DNA of 64,000 bases from Mytilus californianus (lineage: Eukaryota), in contig NW_026262723.1 in the NCBI RefSeq assembly GCF_021869535.1, forward strand, positions 97,092,001 to 97,156,000, read 5' to 3'. Below, piece by piece: positions 40,701-52,700 of this stretch (positions within the stretch are counted from its first letter, which is position 1; every line of letters begins with the position of its first letter). Under the pieces are notes generated by a model that was given only the letters and a program-made list of their open reading frames with translations, had not been told where the DNA came from and ran no database searches. The position numbers and the translations under genes are program-made.

Positions 40701-43700
40701 TTATTTCAATGCTATTTATAGATGCTTTGTGTTTGATGTTTTGCTTTGTTGGTTATTAGATCTACCAAATGACAGGGTATACATGTAAATGGAATCAATA
40801 GTTCATGATCAAGTAATAAGGAAACCAATTTTTAGTTGTAGCACAGCTATTAATGGGAGGACATAGGTGCTCTATGTCATTTGGTAATATGTGTGGCATA
40901 GCATGAATAGTTTTGGTACATCTTGGCTTATGTCCAATCATATTCGTGTTTTCACCAAACCTTTAACTTTCTATAAACAAAGGTTATAATATAACTGTCT
41001 CTGAAAGTAAGATTTGTTTGCATGGTGTTAAGATTTAAATGGTTAACCTCTGCCTAATTTAAAGCTATTTCTAATTGTAAGATAACCTGTAAAAACAATT
41101 TCTATGACCAGATTCAATAAATATAGCAAGATTAATTAACACTTTTCAGGAATCTCATCACTTGTGTCTCTCAACAAAACTAAATATATGTTTTTCTTCA
41201 AAATTATAAGTTTATGTATTTGGGAAGATAAAATTCATGCATAATAGTTTTCCTTGAAAATACTATTACAGTAATATAATGTGGGTATTTGTATGTTTCA
41301 ATTTCTGTTAGCAGTATGTACTGTAGTCCATCAGACATAATTTCATATTTGGTATTTTCAAATTATAGAGAGGGAATAATCTGTTATTTTTCAATCCTGT
41401 GTGACGGGATTGCTTCCCTTCATTAGTAGATACTTAGTCAGCTGTAAGAGGTTGAGCTAAGGAAGTACTTCTTTAGCTCAGTCGGTATACACGCTGCCTT
41501 GTAACACAGAGGTCTCGGGTTCGAGTCCCGGTGGAGACATACGATTTTGCAAGTAGAATCATGCTCTCCGGTTACACCTGTTTAATTTTGTCCATGTTGA
41601 AGTTTTTGTAACAATTGATCTTTGAAGTTTTTTTAATTCATTGTTCAATTATCATTTTTGGAATTACCAAAGTGGCTTTTTAGAACACTTCTAAAAAAAA
41701 TAACTGTTTTGATGCCTGCTTTTGTAAAAATAACTTAAAAGCAAAACATCAAGTTCAGGCTTTATCAAGTTCCAAGTTTCAAAGGGAGGTAATTCTTTCA
41801 TTTTATTTTCTATCAGTGGCTTTATTCAAGAAAGGAGCAACAGCTGTTATAGGTTTGTTACCATTTCATGTTGTGTCTTTTGTCATCATTTTTTACTTAT
41901 GTTTATCTACCTATTTGCTTTACACATTTTCATATTTATTTAAGAGAAATGACTGGTGTAGGTCCAAAGTGGCTAATGTTTTCAAATGATTAAAGATTCA
42001 GTATTGTCAACTACTTTTAATGTTGTGTAATCTTAAAATGTTTTCAGAGAATAAACTTTATTTGTTAATTTAAGAAGCTTTTTGAAAAATATATGTTGTA
42101 TAAGGGAGCTACCATTTGATTTTTATGGGGGGGGGGGGGGCTAGGATAAAATTTGAAAAAAAGGCATGACAGGAGTTTTGAGTAAAAAAAAAAGGCAGGA
42201 TGACAATTTATGTCAAAAAAGTCAGGATAAACTAATAAAAAAAAAGGCAGGACCGAATAGAGTGAGAAATAAAAAGGCAGGACAGAGATTACGACTAAAA
42301 AAATGCAGGACAGAGATTACAACTAAAAAAATGCAGGACAAAATTTTTCATCCTAGCCCCCCATAAAAATCAAATGGTAGCTCCCTAAGGGGGTTTTCTA
42401 TTCTTAGGCTTTGGGATTTTTGCTTTTTGCATGCTTATGTCAGTTTCTGACAATTTAAAATATGCCATCTGCTAAGACAGCAACAAAAAAATGTTAACTT
42501 AATGTGAGTGTGTTTTTATGACAATTTTCAATCTTTCAACAACAACAACAAAATAAATTAAACAAAATAAAGAAAGGTTGAAGAAAATCAATTTCACAGA
42601 GATTTTTTAAATCTAAGGTTTATTTAACTAATGATTGGTAATATAATTGAAATGTTAGTATAACTTTTTTACATAAAATGAAAACAAGTTGTATCAAAGT
42701 TTGTTTTATTCCTGTAATTCTTTAAATTTTTGTGATATTTGTTACTAACAAACAGCACAGTGTGTGTGTATGTGTGTGTCTTGACAGCAGCAGCATATTA
42801 TAAATATTTATCACATAAAGCATATTATTGGCTGGTACTAAGCTTGAACTTTTAATGGTTGTAATTGATTATAAGCAGCTAAGAAAATAATTCTTCACTC
42901 TTTATGTTGTACATAAATTATGCATGCTTTTTATTTAATTTAAAAAAGAAGAGAGGTTAAGATAATTTTACAAAAGGTATATGATAAAAATGCAATGGAT
43001 TGAAGTTTGCTGTGTTTGCAAAACAGGCTTGGCTCTGTTTTATTTTGTCAGCTTTTCTAAATACTTTTTGCTGTATATAAACTTTGACAGTACTTTTGTT
43101 TCTCGTTTCCAGTTTTCTTGGGTTTGTCGTGTTTTTATGCCCCCGCCGTAGCGGTGGGGGCATTTAGTTTTACCCTTGTCCGTCTGTACGTACGTACGTC
43201 CTAAAATTGGTTTCCGTTCTCTAACTTGAGTTTGCCACAACCAAATGTTATGAAACTTATACACAATGCTTATTACCACAAAACACAGATCAAGTGTGAA
43301 TTTTGGTGGCGTCACTTTAAACGTTCTTGAATTATGCCCCTTTATAAATGGAAAAATTGCAAAATTTTTAGTTTCCGTTCTCTAACTTAAGTTTTCCTCA
43401 ACCAAATGTTATGAAACTTATACACAATACTTCTTACCACAAAACACAGATCAACTTTGAATTTTGGTGGCATCACTTTAATCGTTCTAGAGTTATGCCC
43501 CTTTATAAATGGAAAAATTGCAAAATTTTTATTTTCCGTTCTCTAACTTAAGTTTGCCTCAACCAAATGTTATGAAACTTATACACAATGCTTATTACCA
43601 CAAAACACAGATCAAGTTTGAATTTTGGTGGCGTCACTTTAATCGTTCTAGAGTTATGCCCCTTTATAAATGGAAAAATTGCAAAATTTTTATTTTCTTT

Positions 43701-46700
43701 TAAATATCAAGTAATTTTTAAAATTGGAGTTATCTTCCTTTGTCCATGATTATAGTTGAATCAACTACAATCAAGCTTTATACAATGCAATGTTTAATTT
43801 TGACTTCCACTGATAAAACACAGATCAAGTTGAATTTGGGTAGTGTCACTTTAACCATTATTGAGTTATGCCCCTTTATAAATCGAAAGATTGCAAAATT
43901 TTTAGTTTCCATTCTGTAACTTAAGTTTGCCCCAACCAAACATTATGAAACCTATACACAATCAAGTACAATTTTTTTGGTTTCCGTTTGCCTCAACCAA
44001 ATGTTATGAAACTTATACACAATGGTTATTACTACATAATACAGATTAAGTACGAAATTTGGTGGCAACACTTTTACCATTCTTGAGTTATGTCCCTTTA
44101 TAAACATAAAAATTGCTGAATTTTTTAGTTTGTCTCAACCAATTGTTATAAAACTTATACACAATCTTTCTAAAGTTATGTGTGTTTACAAATAGAAAAA
44201 TTTCTGAATTTTTAGTTTCTGTTCCCTTCTTAAGTTAGCCTCAACCAAATGTTATGAGACTTACACACAATGCGTATTACCACAAAACTCAGATCAAGTT
44301 CAAATTTGGGTAGCGTCACTTTTACCATTCTTCAGTTATGTCCCTTTTTAACTATATGATATGCAAGCAGGGGCATCATCTGTGTCCACATGTGGACACT
44401 ATCCACATTTATTTTTTTTTTATTTGTTTCAAGCTTCATAAACAAAAGACAGTGGCCAAGGGTATATAATTTCCAATTATCATTAAACTATGAAACATCC
44501 TCGTAACTACAATACCCTTCCCTTTTCACGAATGTGACCTACCGAATTAGACTATTTACCGGGTTTGTAAAAGCATAAGCAACACGACGGGTGTCACATG
44601 TGGAGCAGGATCTGCTTACCCTTCTGGAGCACCTGAGATCACCCCCAGTTTTTGGTGGGGTTCGTGTTGCTTAGTCTTTAGTTCTATGTTGTGTCATCTG
44701 TACTATTATTTGTCTGTTTGTCTTTTTATTTTTGGCCATGGCGTTGTCAGTTTGTTTTCGATCTATGAGTTTGACTGTCCCTCTGGTATCTTTCGTCCCT
44801 CTTTTGGCACTCGTCAAATACAAGTATTACCACAATACTTCATTTAACCATGTATATATAAAATGTATAGTACATTGTAAGTTATATTTCAGATTTTTGT
44901 TTTGTAGTTGTATACTTAAATTATAAAAAAGGAAATAAAATTAATAGCCGTTATGTATCTATGTGGACTTCTTTTTATATTGGGAAGATAACTTTCAAGA
45001 AGTAAAACCTGCATCTACCTAGTAAATTCCATATTTCATAATTTGAAGTTTTGTGAGTAATTTTGGATATTCATCCAACAAAATGTCACATTTTAGATAT
45101 TTGAAAATTTCAACAAATATGTATTAAAAAAAATAATTGTATAATTCTAAAATATTCCGATACAAGAAAATGTTTGATTTTACAATGAGGAATTTATATA
45201 AAAATTTATCAAACATTATATTCATTTTTTGATGAGGTGTTAAATTGAAACACTCAAAATTTTGTCAATAAAGATTTATGTTCCTTTTGATATTTTTTTA
45301 GTTTTTCTTTTAATATTTTGATAGAAGCTCCGCTGTTTCTATGAAAGAACAATGCATAATTCTACCACAATTGGAATAAGAATTTAAACAGTAACACTTT
45401 CTTTTTAAAACAGGGACACAAGCTTTGTTAAGAACTGGTGAGAGGCATGGGGACATATACATTTGTATAAGTCTACTCGAATGATTGTCACTAATTTGTT
45501 GTTACTAAGTGTCATTCACATAATGTCACTAATGGCAAAACACTATATAATGTTGTCATTAATTTTGACTTATTTAAAAGTATTTTTGTTAGTGCTAGCA
45601 AATTATTATAATTATACTACAGGGAACTTTGCAATAGCCGAAAGTGGTGAGATTTCAAGCATGTTCTGTTAGTGAATACTAATAGTCTAACAAACATACA
45701 TTTTGGAATGATGATTGTTTGTAACAGTGTGTTAAATTTCTATAACAGCTTCACATTGTTTGTAAGTTTATTAATTGTATTCTGAGCTTGGGAAAAATTA
45801 AGTGTACAGTTAAGTATGCATTCATTGTGTAATAAATGAGTGGTAAGTAACTGCTTTGTTCATTTTTCTTGTAAATATGCAGTTTATGTTGATAAAAGAT
45901 TTGAAGTATTCCCCTTTTAGAAGTATGTTGGGTGGTGAATGACTGAAATTCTGCCTTTGCCATAAACAGAAGGTTCCCCTAAAATTATTTTAAAATTCTG
46001 CTTACATCAATTATATGACCTGTTTCAGCTTTTGTTTGTAGGGATATAACAAGACAGTTTATTTTCAAATTGGATGAACTTTAGTAAGCATTATGGCCCC
46101 ATCTTGGAACATAGTTTTTACATGGACATCAACGAATATTTGACCAAAATCACATTTTGTAATTTGTATGAGAGGGCGTCGGGGAAAATTAGTTTGTTGT
46201 AACTAACTGTGTTTACCTCTTTAAATAAAGAATTTATTATTATTTTTATTAATTTTATTATTCCAAAATCATTTTCGAAGTTAACTGAATACCAGAAGTG
46301 ACTGAGAATTTTGGAACCTTTATGTTATTTCAAAATGAATATGTTTGGTTTCTTGATTAGGGTACTAGCTACAGACTTCACAGCGCCCATATTCTAAAAT
46401 CACCTTTTTTTTATCAGCATTTTTTGTTTGATTTAAACAATAAATTGCACAAACAACTTCTGCACATGAGCAGATATTCACTAAATATTTTTTCTTCTGA
46501 GACATTCAAAGATGTTCGCACAATTTATTTTATGTATTAAGGTGTTCAGTCAAACATTTTCACATTCAAACAAAATTAATTTATTTATTTCAGTTCCAAA
46601 TTTTGTGCCTTAATTTGTGTCTCACCTGCAGCTATTGAAGTATAATGTGAGACTTACAGATGATAATCAGGCAGCACCATAAACAATTTCTATGAGGTTT

Positions 46701-49700
46701 TATAGTTCAGAGTGAGAAGAATTGGTCCCATATTTTTGAAATGCGCATTATGGTTTGAAATTTCCATCTGTCCTGCCATTTCATTTTCATGGTTCAATGA
46801 ATAACTCATTAGGTGTTTTGATCAAATGATCTTTTTAGTAACTATGCGTACAAGATCAACTACATTTGGTGTTATAGAATCATTGAAAGGTGTACAATTC
46901 AATCAGATGGTTCCATTCACCTTGACCACGTTACTGTAATAGTTCATTGATAAACTTTAAATATCATAATGAGACAATAGATGCTAGTTATAGCTGAATT
47001 ATATTTGATTTATAGTGTCATTGCAAAGGGTACATATCCATATGACCTAGTTCACCTGCCCTCATTTTCATGGTTCAATGATGAGGTTAAAGTTTCTCAT
47101 TTACTATAAGCAGTTGGTGAACAATATGTTGTTTGTAGAATCTTGTTAGGTGAACACATGCATATAACAAGGCTCACTTAATTCTGACCTTGACCTTGTT
47201 ATATAGTCCATTGATCAACGTTAATTATTTTTATTAAAGACAGTTTCTCCTTAACTATCAGTTGTGAATCAACTACATTTAGTCTTCTGAATCCTGATGT
47301 TGTATACATACCCCTATGACAGGGTTCAACTGACCTTGCCCTTTATTATTACATATTATAAATATGATTACGACCTAAACACTTATTTGCAGTCAGTGTA
47401 TTATAGAATGCTTTTATATAGTATGTAACTGTATAAACCATGTTCAGCTTTAAATATACATATAAAAGAATGCTTGTCAAAGTAGAACTGTAAAAGTATA
47501 TTCATTAGTGGATGACAGATTCCACGAGTTGTGGAAAATACTTGCTTTGGGTGGTTTTACTTTATGGCTTCAAACTTTGCATTAAAAAGTCAACTTTAAT
47601 TACTAAAAATATAAAATTTTAGGGTCAAACTCAAATAAAAAAAAATGTCCCCAATGAACAAAAATACTTGTACTTTATTTACTAGTAGTTATATTGTAGT
47701 AACAGATTGCCTGTTAATATTATTATATTATAGCTTTGAATCGACTGAAACGTTATAAACGAACCAGAGTTGGTCTAGCTTGTGAGTTAAAAAAGCAAAA
47801 TATTGAACTAGTCATAGAGCTTCTACTAACCAATAACAAAATATAAAGTACATTAATGAGCCAGAATGCCACTTACTAACAAGTTAGATGATATATATAG
47901 AGGCATACTAACAAGCTAGACATAGATACATGCAGTCATATTGAGTAGTATATCTAATCACCATTTAATCACCCATCTTATACATACTTTGGGGTAGGTC
48001 AAATATATATTCACTAAAATTAGACTTATAGAACTTTAAATTTTGGATTCTCGCAAAACAAGGGTTATAGTATTCCTTCTCTTCTTCGTATTGGGTAAAA
48101 TTATATTATGCTGTTTTATCTAGGGTGCTTTGTAAAATAATCAATGTTACTACTACACAAACAACTAAATTTGATTCAAGTCAAAATTTTCTCTAGTGGT
48201 TTATTGTTTTTTTCATTTGGTGCATAACTGTTTTAAAAGAAATTTCTGAAAATTTGTTAAATAAGTTGTTAATGTGATGCTTGAACAGAGATCTTAGATG
48301 TGCATTTATGGCATCTAGTTTTGCTTACTAATAAATCATTCTTTACAACTGTAAACTGGTTTTATAGACAAATTAAATATTTCTCAGAATGGCATACATG
48401 AGAAGTAGCTCTGTGAATAAATAAATCATAAAAAGTTCTAAGTTGACAAAATAGGTGTTTTTGTTATGATCTACTGGTACATTTTGATCAATAAGAGGGT
48501 CGGCACAAACAGATACTCCACCTATATTGATTGTTTAGTTGTTGGAGTTTAATGCCACTTTCAGTTTGTAATTGTTGAGGAAGCATACACTATAACTGTA
48601 ATTTATATAATCCAGAAATTTATTTGAGTATCAGCAAAAGAAGAATAAATCTGCCGTTCTACATTGTTGATAGATAAATATACTAAAATACTCTCTCTGT
48701 CTACTTAACTGATTTTCATTATTGCAGTTTGAACTCTTTAGTCAAACCTATTATATCAGAATATGTTAACAACATTAATATATTTTCAGTATAAAACTTT
48801 TATTTGAACACATTTAAAGATATAAGATGAACCAACGCAAATTTCTTGAATAATTATGTTATGATATTCAGTAATTTAATAGATAAATTGATATGACCAA
48901 ACATGACTTTTTTCATGAAAAGCTAAATTATTTATGTGTGTATCAAATAGTTTGTGTTTAAAAAATATGTAATATTACTTGTGACCGAACTTTTAGACAT
49001 TTGTTTGTCTGTTTTAGCTGCAAATCCTATGATGAATAAAGAAAATAAAGAAAGAAGAACATCAACAAAAGTAAATGCTGCAGTGAATGCTGGGTAAGGC
49101 AATGTTTCAGGAGTTATTTCCCTTTTATCATACACTCTCTAGACATAATTATATGAAATTTAAAAAAAATTTGTAGTAAGAAACTGTCATCTTTGTTTTC
49201 TTACTGTTATATAGCAAAAACCATTTATATGTTGACCATTTTGCAAATTTGATTTCATCACTCAAAGTTTTTTAACAGCCCTTGCAACAATCTAAATATG
49301 ATTGGCAACTTGCAAGAAGTTGGTTAACATGTGAATTGATGACACAGCATAATAAGATGCTTTCATTGATATTTTATGTTTATTTTATTACAAATCTTTG
49401 ATATTGATCTATAAATTTGTGTTTCTTCTATGGCTGATGATGATTTTTTTTTTTAAATTTTATTGGCGGTTTTTGTAATGTTAATTTGTCTCAATTTTTG
49501 CAGTCCAGATGAGTTTGAAGAAAGTGAGGAAAAAATATCAAATGTTTTCTCCTTTCCTTTCGCTAAAGGGAAAAGTACTGCTTCCATTAAAGGTCCCAGA
49601 TTAGCAATGTAAAGATCAAGTAAAAAGCATGCAAATGTTTGATTTTGTACATGCAGTAGGCTGGAATGCTTATAGATGCTTAAAATATTGTTCTATAAGT

Positions 49701-52700
49701 TCTCCCTGCCATTAACATTATTTCAAGTCTTATATTGGAAACATAGTTAGTTTTTAATTCTCAAAATTAAACAAAATAATAAGCTGAATGATGATAGAAT
49801 AATATGGAAATGCCGGCATTAGAAGTTTTATTTTAAAATTTTGACTTTGAATTTCCAGTGTTAAAGGAAACCGTTGGTATGTTTATGTGATATTTGATCC
49901 TCTCCTGTCCAATAATAACTTTGGGACCTGCTAATATTCTTGAACACGCATGTTCTAATTTGTCCTATTATAAGCCAATTGTTAACAACACAGCACAGGA
50001 ATAAAAAGAGGTTATTAAGGAAGAGCAGCTTGCTTGTACATTACAGATTAAATGTTAGTTATCTCTTGTAAGAGTTAATTACCTTGTTTAAGCTCACCTG
50101 ACCAAAATAGGCAGCATGATCAAAACCATTAAGGAGTTACTGCCCTTAAATGATGATTTTTTGACAAAGTTATCTCCAAAACTATAATAGATAGGTAGAA
50201 ACTGTAAACAGCAAAAATGATCATCAATTTAAGAGCTACTAAAAAGCCAACATGACTGAATCCATGATTCTTTAATGAATGCTAAGAAATTTTGAAGTTT
50301 TATATTTCTTAAAATGAAACTAGTTGAAAACCTAACATATATGAATTTCCCCAGAAGAATTGACAGCTGATTGCAGCAGCATTGTTTAACATTCAGTTAA
50401 TACATATTACAAAAACACATACCGGTATATTCAGGGTTACACTCGAGGGCATAGGGAACATTTATAGCCTGGCAATGTAGACAATATCTGTTTAATGGGA
50501 ATTTGTGTACAGATCACAATAAAGAAAATGAAAAAAAAAAGCAGATTAATAACAAAGTTGGAAAAAGTTCTTGTAAGTGTACAGAATCTTTTCTGTTATT
50601 GTTATACAAAACCTGTTGAAGATGTTTTCTTACTAGAAGGGTAATTAACTCTTACAAGACATGTAATATTTAAGAGCAGCAGTCTAATGTTATTGTTGCA
50701 TGGTAGAATAGTATTTATGTAAAACCAAGGATTTGTATAATATTTGATTTGCTATACAAATCATTGGTAAAACTATAGGAAAATCTGTACGGTAAATGAT
50801 CTTGTTTGATAATGTTTGTTTGGTGTGTAGAAGATCTTATAATAATGTACATATTTGGTTAAGTAAGAGGTGTATTGTATGCTTACAACTGAGATATGCA
50901 GTGAGTGATGCACTCAGTGTCCATTTGTAAAATGGTTTTATATTTCAAATTTTGCAAGAGTTATCTCCTTTTTCCATTGGTATTTGCAAATAGTTTGACA
51001 TTTTATTTCTGCTAAACTCATATTACAAACTTAGATAAGATGTTTTTCCATGAAAATATAAAAGTTTACCATTCCATCCAAAATGCATAGAATATCTCGC
51101 CATTAACAGAGAAAATTCTTTCTATAAGTAAATCTTGTTATTATTCTTGAGGTATGAAAACATATTAAAGGGGAAAGACTACATTAGATAACAAATGTTA
51201 CTTTATAAGTCTTTAATATATCTTTACAGCAAAACTCATTTTCACATTTACTTTAAATTAAAAGATGAAATTATAATCATCAACTAAATGTATATTGAGA
51301 ATGTAAGGTATTACAAATCATACCCCGCGGAACAAAGTTGGGTAGGGTATAATGTTTGGACCCGTCCGTCCGTCAGCCTGTCAGTCCATCAGTCAGTCAG
51401 TCCACCTGTCAGTCCTCCCATCAGACTGTCTGCCAGTTATGTTCTTGTCATGACATCTCCTCTGAAACCACACAACAGAATTTCATGAAACTTTATAGAT
51501 AATAAGTAAAAACTATGTAGATGTACATATCAACAGGAAATCATAATTCAATTTTTTTTGGTAGGAGTTATGCCCTTTTGAATATAGAATTTTGGCCTTA
51601 TATTACTACTGCAATAGTTTGTCATCACAACTCCTCTGAAACCAAACAACAGAACTTCATGAAACTTTGTAGATAATTAGGACATACTATGTAGATGTGC
51701 GTATCCACCAGAAAGTTTTATCTGTTGACTTTTGTAGGAGTTATGAGTCTTTGAACTTAGGTGTCTTGTGAGATTTAGTTGGCCCAGTGACAAGTGACAA
51801 TGTGGGGGCGTGGGTTATGAGAGCATGCTCACAGAAGTTCTTTAATTATTTTAGTTCTTATGTAGTTATTATACTCTACTGTCAACCAATTCATAACACG
51901 AACATTAGTTGAAAACTGTCTAGTTTCATATATTTCCAGAAATTATAACTATCTGTAATTGAAAAAGTATACAAAGTACCAAAAATATGACTAGTTGTAG
52001 CTCTGATATTATCTGATACAGTTCATGAATACTGATTAACAACAGTCACATCTGGCTTCAATTACAACTCTTGGTAGCAAATCAATGCCTAAAAAAATGT
52101 AAAATAAATTTTATTCTCATATTGTGTACAATAACCTTTGTATAAATAAGACATATTTAACTCCATTGGTGTCCACTTTGTACAGGTTTGAATGTACCTT
52201 CAATAGTATTATATATTTACATGGTTATTTTTGACATCTTCAGGGCATTGGCACAGCTTTGGTCTAAAACTGCAAATAAAGAGTAAGAAAGACAGAAATT
52301 ATTATTTTTGCATATTTTTTTTTAAACATTTTAGATTTACTTATATTTAGTTATAATATTTGAAGCACATATCATACATGTTGTGAACTATAAGACATGT
52401 ACTGCTAAATTGATGTTCAGGAATTGATTTAGTCTTTTTTCAAAATCACACAATTATACACAAGTATTAGCAATGAATGTTTGTTTTATTTTTAGTTGTT
52501 GTTTGCATATTTATGAAAAAAAACATAAGTGCTAAAGACAGTAGGTGTAGAATTAAATTTAATTTTGAATTTGACATTCATTAGACAAATTTTTAAAGTA
52601 GTTTTGTGACAATAAACTCATTAGTTTTATTTATTTTATATTTTTATTTAATTTGTCTCCATCTTTAGTGCAGAATTCCTTCAATTGTCTGTTTTGCTAG

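Noticed and set aside
41467-41539. functional tRNA-Thr gene
   Set aside because: Acceptor, D and anticodon stems are mispaired, no nearby poly-T terminator, and it is embedded in an LTR with a TSD.
46042-46083. 42-nt exon-like segment ([13 protein letters not shown])
   Set aside because: Open only in phase 2 but lies upstream of the phase 1-to-2 exon; stop codon in the required phase.
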